Part shown: positions 1-26,434 of the stretch, one piece after another
Numbering within the stretch: the first letter of the stretch is position 1
Layout of the letters: each line of letters opens with the position of its first letter
Source of the DNA: Tubiluchus corallicola
Lineage: Eukaryota > Animalia > Priapulida
Length of the DNA stretch: 64,000 nt
Assembly (NCBI GenBank): GCA_030141605.1
Contig: JAQGDQ010000258.1
Coordinates: 186,001 to 250,000 of the forward strand
Reading direction: 5' to 3'
Position numbers and translations under genes: made by a program
Notes under the pieces: model-generated
What the model saw: only the letters and a program-made list of their open reading frames with translations
Database searches by the model: none
What the model was told of the DNA's origin: nothing

Positions 1-651
1 AGCACAACTTTCAAGAACTACTCAAGCTGTTTTTATTATTAGAGTAAAATTTTAAATCTTTTAGAGATTCTACTTGGCTGGAAGTTGTAAAGAGTGTAAA
101 GAGCAATGTCTAGATTGATAATTACTTATTAAGTAGAACTTGCATTAATAAAAACTGGAAAGTTCTCAAACAGAAAGATCATTAAGAGGTTTGAACTATC
201 AAAACCTTTGAAAATGAAAATGAAACATTTGATCAAAAATTTAAAATGTCAAAGAACACTGTCAAGTTTTTTATTTCTTTTTTTAATAGCTGTAAGCTTT
301 CAATATGCAGGAATAACCCTGTCAGTAACTTATACACTTTTTATTCCCGGTGGCCATGAATTCAGTTTTATAATTGAGTTATTGAAAACTTCATGAGTCA
401 AAAGATTAGTTAAATGCTATATGCGACTTTCTTAAACCAGATCCAAAACCGAAAGAAAGCTGGACTTTTGTCAATTGTTACTTTCTGCCAGGGTGACTGA
501 CTAAGTTCTTTGCATTGGGCAACATCAGTTATGTACAAGTGTGGCTTATTTCTATAGTTCAGGTTTTCAGAACTGGCCAGAAAAATTTGATTTGACAGGT
601 AGGCTATTATTATGCGCTAGTAATAGTTGTTTAATTTTTGTACATTTTTAG

Positions 652-759
652 CCAACTTCTGATGAACCTTTCACATTTGAGATGGAACTGGACGATCTTC
701 CAAAAGAAACATTGAAAGAACTCATCTTCAAGGAGACTGCTGGGTATATGCAGGAATGA
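652..759 (+). CDS. MAPK1: Terminal coding exon of ERK1/2-type MAP kinase (rest of gene lies upstream of the window)
   Basis: Acceptor ttttAG at 650-651, then [35 protein letters not shown]-stop (TGA 757-759). This matches the ERK C-terminus ([22 protein letters not shown]). Not in the ORF track because it is under 60 aa. Confidence 0.93.
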   Translation, partial: PTSDEPFTFEMELDDLPKETLKELIFKETAGYMQE

Positions 760-1087
760 AAATGTTAAATTAACCTTATCTTATTTAACACTGTTTCTTG
801 TAATTTGTGTTTATTTTTCATTTCAGTCCATTTCTGCACGATATTGTCGACATTGACAGTGCACTTGGTGCTTCGTACGTAGTTGTGTATACAGTAGGTT
901 TAAGTATATAAACATAGATTGTTGAGCAAAGTCATTCCATGATGTAAGGTAATTGGTAATTGAATAGAAAACTAAATGTGACTGTTGCATAGAGTCGTAC
1001 TGTGTGAAAAACAGATGACAATTTGGAGATGAGTTGCAGGCTTCTCTAATATCGTACCATGAAGAGTTAAATCATTTCACTCATTGA

Positions 1088-1435
1088 AATAATAACAATG
1101 ATAATGATAATTTATTTGTAAAGTGCATAATCGACAATTATTGCCATCAGATGCACTATAAAACAGGTCTACAATAAGAATGACTGCAATAACATTCAAC
1201 CATACAATAAAAATTCACTAGGCAACTAATTATACGATATAGTAAAAAATAGGCTTTAAGACTTGGCACTTTTTAAGCGTTACTGTAAAAATATAGGTTT
1301 TAAGACTTATTTTAAAATGGTTAAAATTAATAATAGAAGCTAAAATAACACAAGCTAAAAGGAAGTTTATTGCATTCACGTGGAGCTGCACTGGCAAAAG
1401 CACACTCACTGTACTGAACTCTAATTCTTTGACGA
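1088..1435 (-). mobile_element. L2-clade LINE 3' end remnant in the presumed ERK 3'UTR
   Basis: Minus strand reads QRIRVQYSECAFASAAPRECNKLP...HFKISLKTYIF, resembling the L2 ORF2 end (GDRAFS.AAP..WN.LP...FK..LKT), followed by a (TTA/TCA)-type tail near 1088-1112. Confidence 0.7.
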
Positions 1436-4400
1436 TCAGTGACTGCTAGTGTAACAAATTTAGGCCTGTTCTACCAGTATGTTGAATTAACGTGTATGGA
1501 GTTGTTTTACCCGTTTCTTTGCCAGTATCGAATGGGTATAAAGGGTTTTAAAAATAAAGTATTGTTCCTGCTACATCTACATTAGTGTTGTATTGACATG
1601 GTACATTTTATTTGTTTTCATTATATTTTGATATATTCATTCAGAAACAAAGAACTAACTTTTTTGGATATCATTGTTGGCTAATGTATAAGACCTACTG
1701 TATTCGAACTGTATCTTTTCATAATATGTTTACATTTGTGTATAGTTCCTATTCAGTTGTTCTGAAATTAGGTTTTGCCAGCTAAATATTGTTAATGCAA
1801 ATGTCTGTATATGTGGTTGATTTAGAAATAATCTTAGTTCACGATGGTAGATTTTCATAACTTATTGACCATGAGCATTATCCCCCATCAGCTGAAGAGT
1901 AGTTTGATGGTCAGTGAAACTTTGCATTTTATGAGCACCTACAATCTGTTGTCTACAATAGATGTGGCATAAGACTAGTGATTGCTACATAGAAACTTGA
2001 AAGAGTAGTGAGTGATGCTTCATTAAAAACTTCATCAGCAGCTATTAATTTTGAAACACCTGAGTTGACACAAGTTCTTTTACGTGTGTGAACTTGAATT
2101 TACTTGTATTAGGTGCACTAGTAGCAGTTGTAATTTGCATTGATGTGATGCTGCCTGTTTAGAGCAAATTCGCATTGCCTTTTTTGTTGACAGAGAATAA
2201 TATGCGCATTAGCAGGTAATATTTCAGTCAGTTTATAAAACTTGTAGTATCTTTTCCAATTTTGTAAGTTCATTTAAAAAAGAAAACTTAATTTTGTCTG
2301 GTACAATGTACATAGATTTCCTAAACACCTGTTTGAAAAGCTTTTTATGTTGATAGTTATTATAACATTTGATAAAACCATTCATGGAGATGTATAAATT
2401 TTCTATCTACATTGCAACTGGTGAAAATTAATTTTCTTCATTTCATTTTCTATGTATAATTACCAGATGCATGTGCTTTAACTTTTGCTGTATTTAATCA
2501 GTATTCTTTGTTAAATTCTTGCTACAGACTTATTTGTTAGTAATATGGGAGACCTTTATATTTACAACATTCTCAACATCATGATAAGCAAAAAATTTGA
2601 TATTTGTCCGGTGAGGTTATTATTTTTCTGACTTAAGTTATATTTATGACTATTTATAGCGTACATTATTATATTTATGGTTAATTTTCTCCATTTACTT
2701 TTTCAGTCTTTCTGGTATCACCATCATTACTGACTGATATTGTACAAGTACTTGTACTTCTACAGTTGTGTAATAATTGTAATATAGTTTGCAGATACTT
2801 TAATTAAATTATAAATGTCTCATCAAGTAAGGAATGTCTTGCCGTACATTGTTTGACTCAGTTATCTTTGCAACAGTTTAATAAATAGTATAGTTTATCA
2901 GTATAGTTGTCTCCCTAGTTAGAGCTTCACATTGAAGGCTAATTTTTAAGATTATTTCTTGTTGTTGTACACAATATTAACATCATCTGACTAGATACCG
3001 ATGACTCACAAATCTTTGAAAAACTGCTTATGTAATGTGGTTTGGCACCTTGTTGATAGTCAAATCATATGGCTGCAAGATTTGCAATTGTTATTTTAAT
3101 GTTGCCTACATCTTGCTAATGGAAGACCTTGAATCAGTATAAATTATTTTAATAAGTGAGTTGTGTGACTTATTGGCTAGTTATATATTTTTCAGCAATT
3201 ATGTGTTTTAATGTTGATGTTATCAGCATAACTGTTCACATTTGGCAGTATGAGTGGCTGCTAGTAGTATTATACTAAAACTGTATGGCAGCTGGTTATA
3301 GAAACTGCGATGATTACTTTCATTCACATTGTGCAACATGGAATTGTGAGATTTCCTTACTATCTGTGCTTGCTGCATCTTGTTACAACCTTATGCTTGT
3401 TGACTAATAACAATTGTCGTATTCATAATACTATGTTCTACTCTCTAGTGTTGTATTTTGTAGTTCATTTGAGATTTTTCATTAAGAGTAGTTAAAAGAT
3501 CCAGTAATGCACATTCTTCCAAAACATTACATAATTATTGTGAGCATATATTATGTATTACTGATTTAGAAAATTATTTGTTGTTTTCATTGAAAATGTG
3601 CTTAGCAAGATACATTCATTATGCGTTTTACACATTCTTGGTGAGGTCGCTGCAAACTATCCTGATAGATGACGTAAGTGATAAGCCCGCAACTGTTTAT
3701 TACTAAGAAACGAAATGAATTTATGAGCAGTGTTTTCTAACAGTAAATTGCTCTTGCCTTGTTGCTGGCTCCATCTATTGATAATTCATGGAAGCCACTT
3801 GATGTAGACTGTGGACGGATGATGATGATGAAATGAAATGTTTTTGTGTATGAAGAAACAGAAAAAATATAAAAAATTGTTACTCTACGTTTAACAGCAA
3901 TCATAGCCGTATTATCAGTAAGTGCATCATGTGCAGTTTCTTATATAAATGTACATCCAACTTATTTCATCCTCTAGTTTTGCTTTGAAAGAAATCACTT
4001 TATCCTTTAAGGGCTATAATAATCTTTTTATGTTAATCGTAAATTAGGTTAATCAGACATTTCTTATCATATGTGTTTCAGTTATGTCAATGTCTTAGTG
4101 TACTTGCGTGACGTGTCTATTACTTTATAATTATATTTTTAAATATCTAGTTTAGTAGAAATTTGGTGTCTTAGATCCTTTTTACTTATATTAAGAATTC
4201 TTTCCTTGGAACTATCTCAGGTAACAGATTTCATAAATTTCGGACTTATATGGATTAAGTTTGAAAATAGCGTACATTCTTCGTTTGTGTCTAACGCTAG
4301 TTATATGCAAATTATTTTAGAGATATCGCCCACCTTTGGCACCCATTTCACCAAGTTGTGTAAGAATTGCGGTAGTGTCTGCACACTGTAAAACCAAGAG

Positions 4401-5677
4401 TGCTGTAATGATATGTTAACGAGGAAACGAATCAAGAAATTTGGTCTATTTCAGAAAAATACTTATGATGTTTAAAAATTTTCTAATCTGTTCGTTATGA
4501 TGTATGAAATGATTGTATGCTGATGGAAAGGTACAGAATTGTGTGAAGATTATCAATGAAAATAGCAATAACAAGAGCGTACCCTTATAATAGCCATGAT
4601 GAAAGCGTTAATATTATTGTATAAATGACTATTATTATTCTGAGGATGTACCAGTAAGATGTTTGATAGAAGTATACTTACTGCTGGAGACAGTATGTGA
4701 TTATAGTCTTCTTATACTTCTGTTAAAAGTTATGTAAACTCATAATGATAAAACACAAAAGTTATTTCAACATTTCAAGTATGAACTATGTATTAAAACA
4801 ATGTTGTTGTAACGCGTTAACTTAAAATGTAATAAATTAGTATTGCGTTAGTGTAACTGTCAACATGAAAGCAACGTTATGATATTCATCTAAACAAATA
4901 GCTGATTAGTGCATAAATGTCTAGTTTTCATGTGGGCTGATACGACGCTTGTTCAGCCAGTAATTAACAATATTCGTTATTAGCAATCGTAGAAGATTAA
5001 ATAGAAAGGACACGCTTGTAAGAAACTACGTTAATGCACCTCGGAAAGTATCTTTACTGCGCCGTTTAGTGTCCTTGTTCATTATTTTTATATGAATTAA
5101 AAACTTTATTATTGTTTCCTTTTTTGAGTATACCTAATTTTAACACTCAGTCTTGTTAATTATTAAATAAATTGTCTGTAACGTAATCAGAAAAGTTCTG
5201 TAATTTTCTATGCGGCAAGAATACCCTATTTATAATAGTTAATGTTATAATAATAATTATTATTAACAGTTTGACATCAGTTTGAAATACATGTATTGAT
5301 AATCACTGCAGAACTGAAAATAATTTTGCTAGACACAAATAGTAAATGCAATATTGCTACTTCATTGTCAAAATATTGCAAAGCAATGTCAATTCAACAG
5401 AAACATTTAAAATAATATTACTACTACAAGCCAAATAATTATTTAATGAATATTGTTGCACAAAATAACTTGGCTCTAACACACAAAAGCAAGACATACA
5501 ACCTATTTTGTTTTTTGTAAATCATCTCGTCTACCACGTGTCACGCATTTATTATACTGCTACATGATAACAAAACTTAGCATCTTATTTGGTAGGCGCT
5601 CGCCTATTCGCCTGATGAAACAATGTTTTCCTGTCTTCAAAGATGGCTTTTTAAACAGTTTCTAATACATTGGTGGT

Positions 5678-19255
<13,578 letters not shown>

Positions 19256-20490
19256 CTCTGTACGTTTTCTACATCTTATACATGCAGTGACGGGTATACC
19301 AACAATGCAGCAAAGTTTGTTGCTTGACACAGATGAAGACGTTGAATTGGCGACACAATAAGTTTTGCTTGCTAGCTCTTGTATTACATTCTGGGCTTCT
19401 GCGGTAACTCACTGGGTTATTTTGAGACTTGTAATAGCGTCGACAGTCATTAACTATAACCGATTCAGAAGCACAGTCAGTATAGAGCTGTGGGTAAAAT
19501 AAGCGCATGCGAATTGGACTTGTTCAACAGCGCCACACAAGTTTTATAACTAAACTAAATTGATCATATCTATGGAAGTATACCACTAGAATAATTTTCG
19601 ATAAAAAAGTCCTATCAGTAAAATATCGTGAAAGACATGTACATGAATGCCCCGCTTATGAAAGCTGAATTATTCAAGCAGAGAATCTGCCATTAATCAA
19701 CTTTTATTCGACATGATTCTGATTCTGCAATAGTAAATGTAACTGATGCCTCTAATGCAAGTACTACATTGAAAAAGAAACAAGGCCAGTGTTCCAGGTC
19801 ATCTCAAAGGAAAACATTTTATAAGGACAACATTTTTTAATAATGTCGATATTATAAGAAAACAAGGGAATCGCTCACTGATGTTTCAGATACCCGTAGA
19901 AACATCAAAAATTTTAGCTCATATCCTTGGATTTTTCCAAAGATACAGCAGTTTTAAAATAAGAAGTCAAAAAGTAAATGTCAGAAAATATTTCGTATGT
20001 CAATATTGCTAAAATTTACTGCTCTGTGTCCACCACTTTCAATGCAAACTAGTCCCCAAAAAAGTGATAGTTTTTCACTTCTTTAATGGATATTTGATCC
20101 CAGTACTTAAGTTTTGTCTTTAGTTCCTCTGCATCAAACAACTCTGTACATCTATTCTGCATTTTCTCTATAAGGGAATCCCAGATGCCGTAGTCCAGAA
20201 GAATAAGTCCAATTTTTTTGAAAACAAATCTTAATCAGTGCTCTCTCAGTTGTGGTGGTGATCATGATGTAAACCTGGTTGATTTTTTATTTTTTTGCTG
20301 GCATATATTGAGTGCTTTATATACGTCAACGCGGCTGTTTTTCATCCGATGTTTTAAAAAGCCATTGGTTTTGGCATTTAAATTTTCAATATGCAAAAGT
20401 TTTGCGGTGCGTGCAAAGGTGAAATCAACTGTGCAAAAAGTAAAATGAACTACGCAAGAGAACATTATGTTCTAGGTGATGTTCAAATGT

Positions 20491-21564
20491 CATTTAATTA
20501 CACGAGTTTCTCCTTGTTTTCTTATAAAGGTGACTTCCGCGCTTGTTTTAAATGTCAGTTGTAATACGAAAATTTGATTCTACGGATTTAGTGATTCTAC
20601 TGATCTACTGAAGACCACTGATTTAGTTATCTCTACATACCGTAATACTTATGGAAACGGCGTAAATGACGCCTGCATATTGCTTATGTTGTTTTACTGT
20701 TATGATGTTGTGGTCAGTTTTTAGATTAATTTTTAGATTAGATAACCATATGCATATGCCGTAAAACGTAAAACGCAAAATAAAAATATCTATAATAACT
20801 ATAAGTACACTAAAAATAATACTGAAATTACTATACACAAAAATAACAAGTTCGACTCGAACTATTGGTCGAGTCATTCGCTTAAGATCGCTCGTTAGAA
20901 ATGACTACCTTGCGGCCATCTTGAACTTGAGATAGCAATTAGAAAATCCGACATTGTCAGTTGATACAGAATTCGTTCTAGTACATTTTTGCAGAGTTTC
21001 ATGACGATCAATTGCGAATTGGTTGAATAAAAGTGATATTATTTCTGCCATCTAGAATTCAGATATCAGACCCGACCAATCGATGCAGAGCTTGTTCTAC
21101 TATATTCTTTTGAACTTTCATGATTCATTGCGAATTGTTGGGTGCTTTTTTTCAGAAATAATGCTATCTTGAAAACCCGTCTTGAATTCAAAATGGCGGA
21201 TCAAAAATCAGATTCTATCAGAATTCCTTTGGTATATTCGCATAAATTTCCTTGATGCTTCATTGTGAAGTGGCCGAGCTTTAGGCTCTCTTTGGAAGCT
21301 GGCAAAAACCAAAATTCAGCGATCTTGGATTCAGAATGGCAGATCGAAAATCAGACACCATCAATCCATGCAGAATCAGTGCTAGTATATTCGTATGAAG
21401 TTTCATGACGATCCATTACTAAAACCAAGGAGCCTTAGAATTTTTTTCAAAACGGTCATACCCAACAAGAACAAGAAGAACATCCAGATGAGTAGTGACT
21501 TGGGTCGAGTCTCGACCAAAAATAAAAGCATTTGAGCCACACAAGCACGTCGTGTAATTAAATG
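20491..21564. mobile_element. Unclassified DNA element bounded by perfect 15-bp inverted repeats
   Basis: CATTTAATTACACGA (20491-20505) and TCGTGTAATTAAATG (21550-21564); encloses the HINE-like element listed next. Confidence 0.55.
20845..21520. mobile_element. Non-autonomous Helentron-associated element (HINE/DINE-1-like)
   Basis: Starts AACAAG plus hairpin GACTCGA..TCGAGTC and ends AGTAGTGACTTG plus hairpin GGTCGAG-T-CTCGACC, in A-rich flanks. Internal degenerate repeats GCCATCTTGAA and TTTCATGACGATC. Confidence 0.6.
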
Positions 21565-22089
21565 TGTTCGGATTTTAAAAAATAAATTAAAAATAAACAT
21601 CTGAATTCACACAGACTCTAAAAATTTATTAACAGAACTTTAATCCTCTGCCTTAGACTACAGTAGTATTTTCTTTTCCAGTGCAAAAAATCAAGGTTAA
21701 CACACAATGTCGTACTAAATGGTTTACGAATGCTTTATAATAAGTAACTCTTAGTGAATTTAACACTTCAATACCGAAATTGTTCCAAACTGAGAAGTTA
21801 TAGTAATATGTACAACAATAACTTTTAAGTAAATTAACTTATATTAAACAAACAGGGCGATAATGTCCTATTGAGTGAGTTTATACGAATATAAAAGCAT
21901 TGTGCAAAACAGATATTGTGGAGGAAATATGTGGTGGCTAACATGACTTTTATAAAGTCCATAAAATTGCTCTAAATCACAAAGTTTATTTTCTCACTTG
22001 CATAAAGAGCAATGTGTTTTGCATTAACTTTAGGTTTTCTTAATAGAATTTTGACATTTTTCTTGTTCCTCGTTTTTTGCCTTTTTACA

Positions 22090-22975
22090 TATAACATATA
22101 ATAACAATTTATTGGATATTAAAATGCATTAAGAATAAAACGGACAAATGCATTTTACATACATAAATCCTAACACATAAGCATTACGCCCAAAAACCAG
22201 TACCCTAAGTCAATATTGAATTTTTAATTAATTAAAAAGATTTCTTTGTAAAAATAAGTTTTAAAAAGGATTTGAACTTTTCAACATTAGTCATTTTACG
22301 TGCATAAATTAGTAAATCATTTCATAATTTGGGTGCTGCTACGCAAAAATTATGCGATCCATATGTGTGAATAGATTATTATCCATATGTGAATAGAGTG
22401 CAACAAGTGTCGATAAACTAATTGATCTAAGATTACGATTGAGCACGTATGGCTTAAAAAATCATGTATATAGGATGACGCGAAATCATTAAGAGCTTTG
22501 AATATTAACAAGAGAATTTTATGTTTTATTCTGAAAGAAACGGGCAACCAGTGCAATTTCAAGAGAACAGGGGTTATGCAATCATATTTACGAGTGCCTG
22601 TAATAATTCAAGCCGCTGTGTTGTGTACATGTTGCAGTTTATCAATCTGATACTGAGGAATACCAAAAAGTGTGCTATTACAATAGTCTAATCTAGAACT
22701 GATAAATGCGTGGATAAGAATTTCAGTGGGTGATTTCGATAGACAATGACTAATTTTAGAAATATTCCTTAAATAGAAATATGAAGTTTTGCACGCATTA
22801 ATATGGGTAGACATGGTTGTATGACTACCTAAAATGACTCCAAGATTTTTCACTGAATCGGACACTGATTAGATCAGTGCTCACAAGGGCAGATGACTGT
22901 TTAACTTTTGATAATTGGTTTTTACTTTCAAAAATTATAAAATCAGTTTTGTCATCAAAAAGCTTAATATATGTG
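22090..22975 (-). mobile_element. L2-clade LINE, 5'-truncated and decayed RT C-terminus
   Basis: SDSVKNLGVIL...CKTSYFYLRNISKI...LIHAFISSRLDYCNSTLFG.P...KLQ.V.N.AA, LHWLPVSFRIKHKILLLIFKAL, FCVAAPKL*N, FKSFLKTY, with stops and frameshifts. Confidence 0.9.
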
Positions 22976-23131
22976 AGGCGTGCAACTAACTGACAACACG
23001 AATCTCATAATTTTCAACTGGCTCGAACTAAAATCTGATATCGTGACAATTAAACAAATTTTAATAATATTACGCGCAATTTATTTTTTTCTGCTGTCTG
23101 TTGTGGTATTTCAAGTGCAGGATTCAGTCGT

Positions 23132-26100
23132 TCACTTGAAGACTTTCATGTTGATCAGCTCCTCAGTTTTAACACAAAGTTTATGCGCCAACTCGTCATT
23201 TAGGCGTATGTCCTCGAGAGTACAGTCTCTCAAATAACTGAAAAACAAAATTGTTTCAATGTACATCGTCTATGTGGTGATTCTATTCGTTAACCAAGTA
23301 ATACATTGTAATTATTTGGCTGAAAAATATGTACAAGTTGAAATTCTTGAGTTATGTAACGTCTGTAATATAAAATTTAAAGACAAAAGCTTGTTTCACA
23401 TGCAAGTGTTACTTAATGGTTAATGCTACTAAACCTTAAGGAGATCATCAAAGTTGAAAAGAAATCTACAACGGGTTGTTTTTAGATGACTGAACTTAAG
23501 GTGTAGGACATGGTGACAATATAAGTCGTTGTTGTGTTGGTTTTTAAATTTGTGTCGTTCAGCGCCTTAGAGGGTAATTTTCAGGAACAGCGGGAGTTAC
23601 TGCGGATTCCGAAGAACGACCAGAAAATTTCGCAGGAAAGGCGCATAACAGTGACATAACAGTAATTACACATTAGCAATCATTTGTTCATCATGTCTTC
23701 ATGTATGACATCTTCATCAATATAGTATAATGCGTACATACCACCCTGAATATTTTTCAATATCGTAGTTGAGGGAACAGTACATAACAGTCTGGGCTCC
23801 AATCTTAGGTGATCGGAAAAACATTTTGGCACAGAATCGATGAATAACTCCAAATACTCCAGGAAAATTTCTATTTAATCTTGTAGATACCCAGCCTGAA
23901 TGGAAACAAATTCAACACGATTGTGCAAACACTTGGCCTAGTAGTATAGGGCGTCTGCCTTGTAAGTAGATGGTCCAACTTTTTTTCACATTTCCTATCG
24001 TTCAAGTTCGGAATAAAAATCTGATCAATTGTTGGTTTGTTCCGTCATTAATAATAATCTTGATATGTATAAAGTTACTAAAATTACTGACAGTGCATAA
24101 AATTTTTAAATATAAAATATACATATAATACAAAATATATAAAATATATAGTATTTTGAATTTGATCGCGTATTTTCATATTCAAATTCAAAATACTATG
24201 TATTTTATATGTTTTGTATTATATGTATATTTTATATTCAAAAATTGCATGTACTGTCAGTAATTTTAGTCACAATTATCAAGTACCAATTCATTTTTCT
24301 TGTCATAATCTTCTCTACATTTAACTTTTTTCTGTACTAAACATACCTTCTAATTTTTTCATAAAACATTTAAATAAAATAAATAAATAGATAAATAAAT
24401 AAACAAATAAAAATCAAATTAAAAGCATTTTACATGTACGTCGTACGATTTACGTACCATCTTAGGTTCCTGAATATGTTCAGGTGATCAAAAACTAATT
24501 TTACTCAAGAAAAATCGAAATCCTTTTTTTGTTTGTCGGTAAAACTAATCTCTCCTTTTGTCTATAGCCGATTATCTGTTCGTATTTGTCTTCTTCGTTT
24601 ACCAGGAGAAAGATTGGGAAGGTATGAACAACTTTAAATGTTTATTAACCTCTTCATTTATCATTTAAACTAACCTGAGCTCCTTTTGCACTGTTTTTAT
24701 CTTTTATATAACTATAGTTTTATATTCCGCATCTCTTATTTATTTTATATAGTACTACATGTATTAATTTAAACCTCAAAAAATTTATTTACCTGGATCA
24801 GCTGCGTAACAAGAGATTGTGCCTTCAGCATGCTTCGCCAGTTCGTGGGTCCACAACGTTATTGCTAACTTTGAGTCAGCATAAGCTTGTAGCATGTCAT
24901 ACGGCTCCGCTTTCTCATAGCCTAGACTTTCTGGTTCGAGACGACCTGAAGAAGATAAAAGTAGATAAAAATCACAGTTACTAAAGTCTCTCAAAATTCG
25001 GTTATTTAAGGGAGAAACAAGAACACTTGACTGAATAAGAGGCGGTGTGGAAAAAAGCGTCGTCAGCTGACAGTATCCAAAATTCCAGAACTCTAGTGGT
25101 AACTGGTATTGCTCCACAAGATATAGTTGTATAGTTGTTGTCTTCTCAGATTTGCCTTCTAAAATCCTGCTTATACACGACCATAATAAACTTATTAACC
25201 CTTTGTATCCAATGAAGTTACGCATTCACAATTAATTTAATTTTGATATCAAACATAAAAAACAAAAAATGTGAAAAAGTTGGAATGCAAACTGGATTTG
25301 AACCTTATGAATGCGATATAGACACATTAAAGATCTCAAATTCAAATCCAGGCTCTATTCCAACTTTTTCAAATTTCCTTTTTTTCAAGTTTAGTGTAAA
25401 ATATTTAATTATTTGAAAGTTATGGGTGGCTGGTAACATCATTTTTAATATTCTTCATAATACGATTAAACACTTTCTTTTGTATCTAAGTTTTTTACTA
25501 ATCCTTTTTTAATTTCTTTATATGTAGTTGGCATTCTGCAGTCATTATCTAGTACTATATTGCTAAGTATACAATGTGCTTGATTGTAGCGGTACCAAAC
25601 TCTATCTAATTATCAATGATTATTCTCTATGATTAGGCACTAAACCCCTAGCGGCGACGTAGTGACGCTCTGATTTTCGCAAATCTTCTCTCATCGAGAG
25701 TGATGGGGAGGTGAAACTATACAGAAAGCGTTGTCACGGCAATCGCCTACCCATTCATTTTCTATCCAGGCCCAGCATTTCTTTACTCCTAAAACTGACT
25801 TGACAATAACAAAATTGCCAAAGCCACATCGTGAAACGTATACAGTTGAGTGCCAGTATTGCATACCTTGTTGCCACATATCAGAAGTCAAATTGACCAG
25901 TCTACTCAGTGAAGACTTCTCGAGCATAGGCAGCATGAGTTTAGTTAAATAAAAAGGTCCAATATAGTTAACGCACATGACGTGATCCAATCCATCTTCT
26001 GTAGTTTTCTTTTGATCTATGACACCTGTTATAGAGCTAATAAAGTCAATCATTTGTGATATCTACTCTTTATGATCGTGCAGTACATGGTAATGAAAAA

Positions 26101-26349
26101 AAGAAAGATGATGGTGCAGTACTACAACTACCACATTATTTCTAGAAAACCAAAAAGGATGCATTCGTAGCTAATATGAATATTATATTATCCAAAATAT
26201 AATACGCAAAACCAAATCTCAAATATCAAGCTGTGCGTCGTGTACTTCATTTATTTGCAAATGAAGGCATTATCATTATTATTACTATACATATATAAAT
26301 AGATAGATGGATGGATGGATGGATGGATGGATGGATGGATGGATAGATG

Positions 26350-26434
<85 letters not shown>

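Noticed and set aside
1888-1925. CTGAAGA...GAAAC hammerhead-like match in the ERK 3'UTR
   Set aside because: No convincing stem I, II or III; expected by chance.
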